Shown here: piece by piece, positions 24,850-33,952 of the stretch | Layout of the letters: each line of letters starts with the position of its first letter | Numbering within the stretch: the first letter of the stretch is position 1 | Assembly: GCA_964348145.1 (NCBI GenBank) | Contig: CAYGBO010000001.1 | Span: 32,061 to 76,285, forward strand | DNA length: 44,225 nt | Source: an uncultured Methanomassiliicoccales archaeon | GTDB taxonomy: Archaea > Thermoplasmatota > Thermoplasmata > RBG-16-68-12 | Direction: 5' to 3' | Position numbers and translations under genes: made by a program | Notes under the pieces: generated by a model | Seen by the model: only the letters and a program-made list of their open reading frames with translations | The model's database searches: none | Told to the model about the DNA's origin: nothing

Positions 24850-27251
24850 GCGAGGACGTCCAACCTCGACTCCTGCTCGGGCGTCATCGTCACGCGGATG
24901 CGGCCGGGGAACTTCTCCGCGATCTCGGCGAGGTGGGTGATCAGGATGACCTTCTCGAAGAACTCGCCCATCCGGAAGAGCTTCTGGACGAAGAGCTCCC
25001 GCGACACCTCCGTGTCGAGGGAGCCGAGATCCCCTTCGTCGATGAACAGGGTCTTCATTCGGCCGTACGTCCGGCCGATCTGGGGCATCGAGGCCAGCTC
25101 CTTCGCGATTGCGAAGCGCAGGGCGGCATTGATCTGTGTTTTCTCCCCACCGCTGAACTCTCCGACGTCGTGCCACTGTCCGTCGACTCCGTGGACCTTG
25201 ATCCGGATCCCGTGGCCTCGGCCCTCTTCGTAGGTCTCCAGCCGGATCCGGCTGAAGCGTCCGTCCGTCAGCTCGACAAGGTTCTTCGAAGCCTCGATCT
25301 CGAGTTCCGGCAGGAGCTGGTCGATCGCGTACATGACGACGCCTTTCTTATGGAAGACGCGGTTCACGAGGAGATCGTAAAGCTCGAGCCGAAGCCGGGT
25401 CTCATCCCTCTGCCTCTCCGCTTCCTTCATCCTTCCCTCGTCGGCTTGGAGGCTCTCGACCTGGGCCGCGAGCTGGTTCGCCCGGCCTTCCAGGACATGC
25501 ATCTCTCTTCGCTCGCGGTCCAACTCTGCGCGATCCCGCTCCAGGCTCTCGCGGGCCGTCTGGAAGGCCGTCTCCGCGGGCCTGCGTCGTTCGACGTCCG
25601 CCTCGAGGGACGAACGATCCTCCTCCAAGCCCTTGCGCCGGTTCTCCAGGTCCGCCAAGAGGGTGGGGACATCCCCGATCCGCCGCAGCCGATCGGCCAA
25701 CCCATCCAAGGCTCTCCGCTTCGCTGTCTTTTCCTGCACGAGTCGTCCGATCGTCTCCACACGTCGGACGTCGTCCTCCGTGAAGGTCGCCGCGTCGAGC
25801 TGCCTCAAGGCCTCGATCTTCGCCTCATCGAGGGGACGCAAGGCCACGTGGCTTTCATCCGCCTCCCTCTTCAGGTCCGCTTTCAACTCTTCGAGTTGCC
25901 CTCGGAATTCCGTCAAGACGAAGGAATCTTGGTCGATCGATCGCACCTTCGAGCGGGCCCGGTCCAGGGCCTTCTCCGCCCTCGCCCGCTCCTCGTAGAG
26001 GCTCCGGACGAGATCGGTCCGCCCCGCCAACCATTCGAGCTCGCGCCCGATACGGTCCACCCGTTCTTCGAGCCGTCCCTCGTCGCGCAAGAGGCCGAAG
26101 GCAGCGTCGCGATCGATGCTCGTTCGCAGACCCGCGATCTTTCGGTGCAATCGATCGATCTTGTCCTTGATTTCGTCCCGTTTCCGCTCGTGGTCCCTCT
26201 TCGCCTGCGCGAAGACGGCTTCCGCGGATCGCGCCGCAAGCTCCCTCTGCTCTCGGAGCCGACGTCGCTCCTTGAGGGACTCCGCTTCCTCCCGGAGGGC
26301 GTCCAGGTCCTGGATGTCCTTCTCCAAGGCCGCCCGCTGAGCCTCCAGACTCTCGGCCGTCCCGCTTTGTTCCCGGAGGTCCTTTTCGCGAGCCAGCAAC
26401 CCTTCCAGCTGGGCCAAGCGGTCTTCCAAGGCCGCGTTCGCCTTGACCCACCCCTCGTGTTGCGCCTCGAGCCCCTTCAGGTGTTCCTCCCCGTCGCGAA
26501 CCCGCGCCTCGCGGACGGCGACCTCTCGCCTGCGGCGCGTGAGTTCCGCCCTCGCATCGCGGAGCTGCTCTCGGACTGCCGGGAGCTGCCGGAGCCCCTC
26601 CGCGCGGACCGCGATCTCCGCGTCCCGCGCGCGGACGTCCCCTTGCAGGGCCTGATCCAGTTCCCTCGCCCGCTCGAGGGCGCGCTCGAAGATCTCGAGG
26701 CGGAACAGTTTCTGGAACACCCCGAGCCGCTCCGCGCCCCGCGCAGACCCGAGTTCCTTCATCTCCTCCTGACGCACGAACGTCGAGTTCCGGAACCCCG
26801 TATAGTCGAGACCGACGACGTCCCGAATCGTCCGTTCCTTCTCGTGAATCGTGCCTTGGACGGCGTCTCCATCCCGCGTCACTTCGAGGTACGATTCCCT
26901 CCTCGACGTAAGGCCTCGCTTGACGGTCCAGTGACCATCTCCCTGCCGGAAGGCCACGCGGACGTAGCCCCCGGGCCGGCAGACGTCCGTGATTTTGACG
27001 CTCTGGATGTCCGTTCGGGTCGTGGAGCCGTACAAGGCGAAGGTGATCGCGTCGAGAATGGAGGATTTTCCGGCTCCCGTCCGACCCGTGATCACGGTGA
27101 ACTTCTCGGGGAATCGGAGGGACGGATCCGTCCGCGTGAGGTATCGCATGAACCCGCGCATCTCGATCTCTTCGAGGACGAAGCCCTCGGGAAGGGTCGG
27201 AGCCTCTACACCCGTGACTGCCGTGCCCTCGACCGCGTCCTCTCCTTTCAC
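24846..27251 (-). CDS. rad50: Rad50-type SMC-like ATPase (no CxxC hook detectable)
   Basis: Walker A ITGRTGAGKSSILDAI, a coiled coil of about 550 aa, signature FSGGEKTQINAALRFA, Walker B TLFIDEGDLGSLD, and H-loop ILITHLAE. The GTG start overlaps the mre11 stop (GTGA). Confidence 0.9.
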   Translation of the reverse strand: MKGEDAVEGTAVTGVEAPTLPEGFVLEEIEMRGFMRYLTRTDPSLRFPEKFTVITGRTGAGKSSILDAITFALYGSTTRTDIQSVKITDVCRPGGYVRVAFRQGDGHWTVKRGLTSRRESYLEVTRDGDAVQGTIHEKERTIRDVVGLDYTGFRNSTFVRQEEMKELGSARGAERLGVFQKLFRLEIFERALERARELDQALQGDVRARDAEIAVRAEGLRQLPAVREQLRDARAELTRRRREVAVREARVRDGEEHLKGLEAQHEGWVKANAALEDRLAQLEGLLAREKDLREQSGTAESLEAQRAALEKDIQDLDALREEAESLKERRRLREQRELAARSAEAVFAQAKRDHERKRDEIKDKIDRLHRKIAGLRTSIDRDAAFGLLRDEGRLEERVDRIGRELEWLAGRTDLVRSLYEERARAEKALDRARSKVRSIDQDSFVLTEFRGQLEELKADLKREADESHVALRPLDEAKIEALRQLDAATFTEDDVRRVETIGRLVQEKTAKRRALDGLADRLRRIGDVPTLLADLENRRKGLEEDRSSLEADVERRRPAETAFQTARESLERDRAELDRERREMHVLEGRANQLAAQVESLQADEGRMKEAERQRDETRLRLELYDLLVNRVFHKKGVVMYAIDQLLPELEIEASKNLVELTDGRFSRIRLETYEEGRGHGIRIKVHGVDGQWHDVGEFSGGEKTQINAALRFAIAKELASMPQIGRTYGRMKTLFIDEGDLGSLDTEVSRELFVQKLFRMGEFFEKVILITHLAEIAEKFPGRIRVTMTPEQESRLDVLA

Positions 27252-28438
27252 GAGAGGACCTCCCTCAGGGTTCGAAGGGCCTCGGCCTTGATCGCCTCCC
27301 TCCTCGGATGGGCCGCGAACTCCTTGTCCACGTAGTCGGCGAGGAGATGATTCGGGTCCATCGTGAACGCTTCCGCCGCGATGCGCGGACGGTCTGTCGA
27401 CACGAGCTTGATCTCGTAGTGGAACGCCGCCCGGAGTCGCTCCCCGAGCCGTGCCTCATCGAGACCCCCACGGAGGTCGTCCGGGAGCCGCACTTCGATG
27501 CGCACGAGGGCTCCCGTGACGTCGTGGGGTAGCGCTGCGAGGATCCTGTCCGTCACGTCGTCCCCGAGGTCCACGGCAACGTCGATCTTGAGCATGGGCC
27601 TCACGGGGAGTTCCTCGAAGGTCCACGTCCCGTCGGGTCGGAGGACCACGAACCCCTTGGGATCCAACCGTTCGCCCCAGTCAATCCGTTCCGGCGCGCC
27701 GACGTACACGACCTTGTCGAAGAGGACCTGATGGAGATGGATATGGCCGAAGATCGCGAGGTCGACGGAATCGGGCAGCATGTCCCGTGCGTACGTGAAG
27801 TCGTGGGGGACCACTTCGGGATAGGTCGTGCTCGCGTACCTAGCGCCCTGGAACTCGAAATGTCCGAAGACCACGCGGAGGTCCGCCTCCTTCAGCTCCT
27901 CCGCGCGGCGGTGGATCCATTCCCTCCAGAGCCGTCGGGCGACCTCGTAGGCTTCCTCCCGGGGGACCTCCCTGCCGACGGAGGCCCGGACGCGCTCCAT
28001 GACCTGCTCGGGATGCAGGTAGGGCACGAGGATGAACCCGATCGTGCGACCGCCGACGGTTCGCGTCTCGACCCGTGGCTCCCGAAACACGCGAACGTGT
28101 TCGTATCCCCGGAAGTCGTCCAGGGAGGTGGACTTGGCAGCCCGGCGCGGCTGGTCGTGGTTGCCCGCGAGGATCCACACCTCGATGCCGGCCTGGCCAA
28201 GGGGCTCGATCACATCGCGCCGGACGAGTTCGCGAAAGATCGGGGCGACGTGGGTCCTTTCGAACAGATCCCCGAGGATGCAGAAGAGGGACGCCCCGAG
28301 CTCGATCGCCCGCCGAGCTGCCATCGCGAAATTCCTGTGGAGGTCCATCGCCCGCTCCGAGATTCCGGTCTCGGGGTCGATGCGGAAGTCGAAGTTCTGC
28401 CCCTCATGAACATCGGCCACGCAGACGATTTCGTGCAT
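27248..28438 (-). CDS. mre11: Mre11 nuclease (calcineurin-like phosphoesterase)
   Basis: MHEIVCVADVHEG, CILGDLFE, ILAGNHDQP, GHFEFQGA and FGHIHLHQ are phosphoesterase motifs I-V. The ATG at 28438 is preferred over 28483 because a TATA-like box lies inside the longer ORF. Confidence 0.9.
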   Translation of the reverse strand: MHEIVCVADVHEGQNFDFRIDPETGISERAMDLHRNFAMAARRAIELGASLFCILGDLFERTHVAPIFRELVRRDVIEPLGQAGIEVWILAGNHDQPRRAAKSTSLDDFRGYEHVRVFREPRVETRTVGGRTIGFILVPYLHPEQVMERVRASVGREVPREEAYEVARRLWREWIHRRAEELKEADLRVVFGHFEFQGARYASTTYPEVVPHDFTYARDMLPDSVDLAIFGHIHLHQVLFDKVVYVGAPERIDWGERLDPKGFVVLRPDGTWTFEELPVRPMLKIDVAVDLGDDVTDRILAALPHDVTGALVRIEVRLPDDLRGGLDEARLGERLRAAFHYEIKLVSTDRPRIAAEAFTMDPNHLLADYVDKEFAAHPRREAIKAEALRTLREVLS

Positions 28439-28465
28439 CCTCGCGGTCGCAACGGTGACCCGCCT

Positions 28466-28474
28466 ACTTATAGG
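28466..28474 (-). promoter_or_regulatory. TATA-like box of the mre11-rad50-nurA-herA operon
   Basis: ACTTATAGG on the plus strand (CCTATAAGT on the coding strand) is centred about 32 nt upstream of the ATG at 28438. Confidence 0.5.
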
Positions 28475-28651
28475 CTCTATCAAAAGGTCAGCGAAAGTAT
28501 CTGACGGCTTCCCGTCGAGTCCTCGGCCCGCACGTCCAGTGAGTTGGAAGCAATCGAACGTGGCGGCGTGCGATCGGAGCGCGCGTTGTGTCGACGTCCT
28601 TCAGGGACCTCGGCGCTTCAGTGACGCGGGCGGAGTCCCAAGGCGCGGGGC

Positions 28652-29380
28652 CTACTTGCGCGCCCGCTCGACGAGGCTCATGAGCAGGGCACCGCCCAGG
28701 AGGACGCGCCGGTCGAAGTTCGAGGGGACCGCGTGGCACTGGATTTCCCAGATATCCCCGACGATCTTGAACCGCTGGTTGATTTCTGCGACCGGCCGTC
28801 CGCTGAGTTCGAGGGTCATCTTCTCGGGGATCAGGGCGCCGCCGGGGACGTACTTGCGCGCGAGGCCTCGCCCCGTGGACTCGTAGATCCCGCCGATGAG
28901 TTGCTGCGCCGGATCGCGTATCTCCCACTCATCCCGAACGAAGGCGGAGGACAGGACCCTGCGCCTCACGTAGCCCAGCAACGTGTTCGTCGGCGAGTCG
29001 ACGACCGCGAAGTTCCCCCAGGCGTCCATGATCTGCTGCTGCTGGATCCTGAACAGTTCTGTGGTCATCCTCTCGTCCGTGAAGACGCGGATGTCCTCCT
29101 TGAGCCGGAGGAGCTTTTGCTTGCTGTAGCCGAGGGTCCGTCCGTTCGGGTCCTCGATCCAGTACTGGCCGGCGATCGCGAGCACCTTCTTCCGAAGACG
29201 GTAGAAGTTCTGGAACCACAGCCCGTTCCCCGGCGCGCCGGTGGGGGGGAGGGGGGGCCCGGCCTTCGGCGCGGGGGTCGTTTGCAGGGGCTGACGATAC
29301 TGCCGACAGGTGTAACAGTACCACTGGCCATATTGCTGGACATAACTCAGCTCGTTCTTGCATACAGGGCAGGCGCTCAT
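28652..29380 (-). CDS. N-terminal zinc-ribbon protein with scramblase/LURP-one-related (tubby-like) C-terminal domain
   Basis: MSACPVCKNELSYVQQYGQWYCYTCRQY (CxxC...CxxC), a Pro-rich linker, then about 190 aa with the repeated beta-hairpin pattern of LOR/scramblase proteins (WIEDPNGRTLGYSKQKLLRLKEDIRVF...FAVVDSPTNTLLGYVRRR...WEIRDP). The family call is from memory. Confidence 0.6.
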   Translation of the reverse strand: MSACPVCKNELSYVQQYGQWYCYTCRQYRQPLQTTPAPKAGPPLPPTGAPGNGLWFQNFYRLRKKVLAIAGQYWIEDPNGRTLGYSKQKLLRLKEDIRVFTDERMTTELFRIQQQQIMDAWGNFAVVDSPTNTLLGYVRRRVLSSAFVRDEWEIRDPAQQLIGGIYESTGRGLARKYVPGGALIPEKMTLELSGRPVAEINQRFKIVGDIWEIQCHAVPSNFDRRVLLGGALLMSLVERARK

Positions 29381-29587
29381 GGGACGTTGATCCCTCCAGG
29401 GACCGCCGCGCGAAGAAAGGAAACGCCTTTGCCCGAGCGGAGGTCGGGGGGCACTCCCGCGCAAGAGGTCGGCCGTCCACGGCAGTAGGCCTCCAAATAG
29501 GTTGTCCTATCGTTATCAAGGTCCGGTCCGGTCTTCCGGGCTCCATCGAGTCGACGTGCGATTTCGGCAGGGGTCCCGGGAATCCTT

Positions 29588-30520
29588 ATGGGCCGGCCGT
29601 TCGATGCCACGGCCGTGCCGGACCTCTGGCAGCTCGGGACCGGGGAGGAACCGGCGCGCCTCGCGATCCTGGGGTGTGGCGGCGCCGGCTGCAACACCCT
29701 CCGCCAGGTTGCCCTCCTCCCCCACGGGGTGTGCGTCGCCGTGAACCATGCGCCCCACCCCGCGATGGCGGGACTTCCCCGGGTCCTCGTCCGGCCGGAT
29801 TCCTTGCGCGCGTTCGCCTCCATGGACGAGCGGGCGGTTCAGAAGATGGAGACCCATGAGGAGAAGGATCTCGCCACGGCTATCTTGGATCGCGACCTCG
29901 TCCTCCCCATGGGAGGCTTGGGCGGCGAAATCGGAGGCTGGGCGATGAGCCTCGTCGGGAGGGTCGCTCGGATCCTCGGGGACGCGACCCTCGCCCTGGC
30001 GACCGTCCCCTTCACGGCGGAAGGGGCCCTCCGCCGGACGGCGGCCGAACGCCAGCTCGACCTCCTGCGGCGAAAGGTCGATGGCGTCGTGACCTTCGGC
30101 AACGACGAGCTCCTCCGCATCGCGCCGGACGTGCCCCTCGTCCGCGCCTTCAAGATTCTGGGCGGGGTCATGGCGAAGCTTGCGGGGGCTCTCGCCCTGG
30201 GGCTGTCCCGATCCGACATCGCGCCCCTCCGTCGTCAGCTTACGAAGGCGCGCGACTGGAGGTTCGGCATGGGGGCGGGGGCGGAGAAGCATCGCTGCTT
30301 CCTCGCCGTCGAGGAGGCCTATCGATCACCGTGGTTCACGGGCCGGCACGAAGACATCCGGCAGGCCGCCGTCCTCATGTCCCTTCCCCCTCCGAGCGCG
30401 CCCGAGGAGGTGATCCGCGAAGTCCATCTGCGGTCGCCGGGCGCCGACGTCGCCTGGGGGACGCTACCGGAATCCCCGGGGAGCGACCGCGCGATCGTCA
30501 ACATCCTCGCCGGCATGTAG
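29588..30520 (+). CDS. divergent FtsZ/tubulin-superfamily protein with degenerate GTP-binding loops
   Basis: LAILGCGGAGCNTL (FtsZ G-box 1), DLVLPMGGLGGEIGGWA (where FtsZ has GGGTGTG), ATVPFTAEGALRR...VDGVVTFGNDELL (FtsZ PF.FEG..R...VD...I.ND.L), and the C-terminal FGMGAGAE...A..SPW. Confidence 0.65.
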   Translation: MGRPFDATAVPDLWQLGTGEEPARLAILGCGGAGCNTLRQVALLPHGVCVAVNHAPHPAMAGLPRVLVRPDSLRAFASMDERAVQKMETHEEKDLATAILDRDLVLPMGGLGGEIGGWAMSLVGRVARILGDATLALATVPFTAEGALRRTAAERQLDLLRRKVDGVVTFGNDELLRIAPDVPLVRAFKILGGVMAKLAGALALGLSRSDIAPLRRQLTKARDWRFGMGAGAEKHRCFLAVEEAYRSPWFTGRHEDIRQAAVLMSLPPPSAPEEVIREVHLRSPGADVAWGTLPESPGSDRAIVNILAGM

Positions 30521-30641
30521 GGCCAAGCTCGCGTCGCTCGTCCTCGTGGCGCGTTCCAAGTTGTCGTGGTGAATCCAAAGAACGCAGGGTTCATATACCA
30601 CCCCAACCTACGTCCGTGCTACGACCTCGCACGGGTATCCT

Positions 30642-31427
30642 ATGACCCCCATTGGCAAGGGAATTCGACTCCGCCGCATCTTCAGCGGCGACAAGGCCCT
30701 CGTCGCGGCCATGGACCACGGGGTATCCTCAGGCCCCCTCGCCGGCCTGGAGGACATCCGGAAGGCCGTGTCCGGGGTGGCGAAGGGCGGCGCGACCGCG
30801 GTCGTCCTCCACAAGGGCGTCGTGCGGGCCGCAAAGGATTACTTCGGTGACGGCCTCGGGTTGATCGTGCACCTGAGTGCCTCGACGTCCCTGAGCCCGC
30901 GCCCGAACAAGAAGGTCCTCGTCACCCAGGTCGACGAGGCGATCGCCTATGGCGCGGACGCAGTCAGCGTCCACACGAACGTCGGCGGAGCGGATGACGA
31001 GTTCATGCTCGCGGACCTGGGCGCCACGGCGACAGCCTGCAACCGATTCGGCATGCCCCTCCTCGCGATGATGTACCCTCGGGGGGAGAACATCCGGAAT
31101 CCCTATGAGGTCGACGTGGTGAAGCACGTGGCCCGCGTGGGGGCGGAGCTCGGCGCCGACGTCGTGAAGACCGTGTACACCGGGTCGCCCGAAAGCTTCA
31201 AGGAGGTCGTGGGCGGATGTCCGGCGCCCATCATCGTGGCCGGTGGCCCGCGGCTCGATTCGGAGCGGGCATGTCTCGAGATGGTGGCCGGCTCCATGGC
31301 CGGAGGCGCCGCGGGAGTCTCAATCGGTCGAAACATCTTCCAGGCGAAGGACCCGATCGGAATGACGCGGGCGATTGCCCGCATCATTTTCGACGGGGCG
31401 GCGGTGGACGAGGTCTATCGCGGGTGA
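30642..31427 (+). CDS. aroA': 2-amino-3,7-dideoxy-D-threo-hept-6-ulosonate (ADH) synthase, DhnA-type class I aldolase
   Basis: LVAAMDHGVSSGP, IVHLSAST, LLAMMYPRG, GADVVKTVYTG (Schiff-base Lys, codon 31167-31169), VAGGP, GVSIGRNIFQ. It lies directly upstream of DHQ synthase II. Confidence 0.8.
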   Translation: MTPIGKGIRLRRIFSGDKALVAAMDHGVSSGPLAGLEDIRKAVSGVAKGGATAVVLHKGVVRAAKDYFGDGLGLIVHLSASTSLSPRPNKKVLVTQVDEAIAYGADAVSVHTNVGGADDEFMLADLGATATACNRFGMPLLAMMYPRGENIRNPYEVDVVKHVARVGAELGADVVKTVYTGSPESFKEVVGGCPAPIIVAGGPRLDSERACLEMVAGSMAGGAAGVSIGRNIFQAKDPIGMTRAIARIIFDGAAVDEVYRG

Positions 31428-31434
31428 GGCCCCC

Positions 31435-32466
31435 ATGGACCGGTTGGTGTGGGTGGGGGCCTTCCCCTCCAAGGAAAGCAGAGACGTTCGGTCCGTCGTC
31501 ACGGCCGCCCTCGAGTCCGGCTTCGACCAGATCGTCCTGACGCAGGCGGACGACACCCTCCAGCGGCTCGGCCGTTTCTCCCCGATCCTCCTGCGGGATG
31601 GTGCCTTCGTCTTCGACGGGGAAGAGATCGGCCGGCTCGCGACAATCCGGGAGGCCAAGGACGAACGCGCGGTGCGCGCCCTCCGCGGGGCGACCCGGCA
31701 CGTCGTCGTGCGCACGGAGGACTGGAAGATCATCCCCCTCGAGAACCTCATCGCCCACTTCCAGGGGAGCGGGACGCGGCTCCTCGTGGAGGTCCACGAC
31801 GCCGGCGAGGCGAAGCTCTTCTTCGAGACGATGGAGGTCGGCGTCGACGGAATCCTCCTCGTCCCGTCATCCCCCAAGGAGGTACGAGGCGTGCGACGCC
31901 TGATGGAGTCACAGGCGACCGGGGTGACACTCCTCCGGGCGAAGGTCGTGGAAATCCGACCCCTCGGCCTGGGTGATCGGGTGTGTGTGGATACCTGCTC
32001 GATCCTGCGGACGGGGGAGGGGATGCTCGTGGGCAACAGCTCCGCGGGCCTGTTCCTCATCCACTCGGAGAGCGTGGAGTCGGGGTACGTCGCCGCTCGC
32101 CCGTTCCGGGTCAACGCGGGACCCGTCCACGCCTACGTCCTGCTCCCGGACGGCAAGACGAAGTATCTCAGCGAACTCCGGGCGGGGGACGACATCCTCG
32201 CCGTTGATGCGGAAGGCCGGACGCGAAGCGTTGTCGTGGGCCGCGTGAAGGTCGAGCGGCGCCCCCTCGTCCTCGTGGAGGCCGAGGCTGAAGGCCGGCG
32301 CTTCGCCACGATCGTGCAGAATGCTGAGACGATCCGCTTCGTCGCGACGGAGGGACCGCCGAAGTCCGTGAGCGAGCTGACCGAGGGCGACGAGGTCCTG
32401 CTGCGGATCGAGGAGGGCGGTCGGCACTTCGGCATGCGCATCCAGGAGACGATTTCGGAGAGGTGA
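31435..32466 (+). CDS. aroB': 3-dehydroquinate synthase II (archaeal type)
   Basis: WKIIPLENLIA, GMLVGNSSAGLFLIHSE, RPFRVNAGPVHAYV, GRVKVERRPLVLVEA and NAETIRF are family hallmarks. Start is the ATG at 31435. Confidence 0.85.
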   Translation: MDRLVWVGAFPSKESRDVRSVVTAALESGFDQIVLTQADDTLQRLGRFSPILLRDGAFVFDGEEIGRLATIREAKDERAVRALRGATRHVVVRTEDWKIIPLENLIAHFQGSGTRLLVEVHDAGEAKLFFETMEVGVDGILLVPSSPKEVRGVRRLMESQATGVTLLRAKVVEIRPLGLGDRVCVDTCSILRTGEGMLVGNSSAGLFLIHSESVESGYVAARPFRVNAGPVHAYVLLPDGKTKYLSELRAGDDILAVDAEGRTRSVVVGRVKVERRPLVLVEAEAEGRRFATIVQNAETIRFVATEGPPKSVSELTEGDEVLLRIEEGGRHFGMRIQETISER

Positions 32467-32467
32467 C

Positions 32468-33952
32468 ATGACGCACGTGACGGCTGTAATCACGGAGGAC
32501 AGTGCCGGGAAGGCAGAGCGGGCCGCGAAGGCCGCCCTCTCGAAGGGCGCGGCCCTCGTCGAGCTGCGCCTCGACTACTTCGCGGACGCGAACCTCCGGG
32601 GGGTGCGTCGTCTCGCCGCCTCCGTGGGATCCCGAGCCATCGCAACCCTTCGCTCCCCCTCCCAGGGCGGGGTCCGACCCCCATCCCGAGACGGTCGGGC
32701 GCGTCTCCTGACGGAGCTGTGCCGCGGCGGCTTCCGCTACGTGGATCTGGAGCTGGAGACGGATCGGGGGAGCCTTGAATCCCTGCGGCGGGAGGCATCC
32801 CGCCATCGTCAGGACGTCATCGTGTCCCATCACTTCGACGCGCCCACGGACCTCGCGAAGGTCGCGGAAGCCTCGGAGGCTTGCGCGGACCACGGCGACG
32901 TCGCGAAGGTCGTCACGCCCGTGGCCGATGTGCAGCAGGCCCTCGGCCTCGTCGCGTTCGCGAGGGAGCAAGGTCGCCGCGGGCGTCGGTTCATCACAAT
33001 CGGAATGGGGGCTGCGGGAACCGTGATCCGTGTCCTCGCCCAGGACGTCGGGCAGGAGATCCAGTACGCCGCCTTTGGGCATCCCTCCGCGCCGGGCCAG
33101 CTCGCCCTCGAGACGGCCCTCCGGCTCCGTGGACGGACGCCCTCCGTCCTCGGCCTCGTGGGCCACCCCCTCGGCCATTCGATCTCGCCCCAGATCCACG
33201 AGGCGGCCCTCGCCGCCTCGGGCCTGCCGGGGGCCTACCTCCCCTTCGATGTGGAGGGGTCCTTCCTCCCCGCCCTCCTGGACGCAGGGGAGCACCTGCG
33301 GTTGCGCGGATTCAACGTCACGATTCCTCACAAGGAAGCGGTCCCGGCCCTCCTCGACGAACTGGACGGGGATGCGGCAGCCCTCGGCGCGGTGAACACG
33401 GTCGTCGTCCGGGACGGATGGACGAAGGGCCACAACACGGACGTCCATGGCTTCCGGATGGTCCTCCGGTCTCGGGGCCTGCATCTGGGCGGTCGGGACG
33501 TCCTCGTCCTCGGAGCCGGAGGTGCGGCCAAGGCGGTCGTCCATGTCCTGCTCCGAGAGGGCGCACGGGTCCACGTCATGAACCGCACTCCCTCCCGCGC
33601 CGAAGCTCTCGCGGAGGCCTTCGGCCGCACGGTGGAGGTCCTCGACCTCGGAGACGTCATGAAGCGGGGTCCGTGGGATCTGCTCGTCAACGCGACGCCC
33701 GTCGGCACGAAAGGTATCTCGGAGGGATCGCCCCTCCCCGCGGCCGCGGTCCGGCACGCGAAGTGCGTCGTGGACCTCGTATACAATCCGCCGGAGACGC
33801 CCCTCCTCCAGGCCGCGAAGCAGGCCGGCATCCCGGGGACCTCGGGCCTCGAGATGCTGCTCCATCAGGCCGCGAAGTCCTTCGAGTTGTGGTTCGGCGT
33901 CGAGGCGCCTTTCAAGGCCATGGAAGACGCCGCGCGGGAGGCCCTTCGATGA
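32468..33952 (+). CDS. aroDE: bifunctional 3-dehydroquinate dehydratase (type I) / shikimate 5-dehydrogenase
   Basis: The N-terminal ALVELRLDYF...VIVSHH is AroD-like. The C-terminal GLVGHPLGHSISPQIHEAA...GFNVTIPHKEA...GAVNT...VLGAGGAAKAV is AroE. Confidence 0.85.
   Translation: MTHVTAVITEDSAGKAERAAKAALSKGAALVELRLDYFADANLRGVRRLAASVGSRAIATLRSPSQGGVRPPSRDGRARLLTELCRGGFRYVDLELETDRGSLESLRREASRHRQDVIVSHHFDAPTDLAKVAEASEACADHGDVAKVVTPVADVQQALGLVAFAREQGRRGRRFITIGMGAAGTVIRVLAQDVGQEIQYAAFGHPSAPGQLALETALRLRGRTPSVLGLVGHPLGHSISPQIHEAALAASGLPGAYLPFDVEGSFLPALLDAGEHLRLRGFNVTIPHKEAVPALLDELDGDAAALGAVNTVVVRDGWTKGHNTDVHGFRMVLRSRGLHLGGRDVLVLGAGGAAKAVVHVLLREGARVHVMNRTPSRAEALAEAFGRTVEVLDLGDVMKRGPWDLLVNATPVGTKGISEGSPLPAAAVRHAKCVVDLVYNPPETPLLQAAKQAGIPGTSGLEMLLHQAAKSFELWFGVEAPFKAMEDAAREALR

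Noticed and set aside
22286-25176. Long N-terminal extensions of the herA (to 24133) and nurA (to 25176) track ORFs.
   Set aside because: The extensions are Arg/Pro-rich and overlap the upstream genes by about 300 nt. Internal ATGs at 23839 and 24849 give canonical N-termini and perfect ATGA stop/start overlaps.
24933-27335. Very long antisense ORFs opposite real genes: 24933..27335 (+, 800 aa) opposite rad50; 22697..24040 (+) opposite herA; 1366..2907 (-) opposite the TPR gene; 32168..34285 (-), 33865..35019 (-), 34560..35930 (-), 37932..39572 (-) and 38824..40086 (-) opposite the aro operon.
   Set aside because: The translations are dominated by Arg/Pro/Gly/Glu-Leu runs with no recognisable motifs. 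Each lies opposite a gene with unambiguous family signatures. This is the expected stop-codon depletion of GC-rich sequence.
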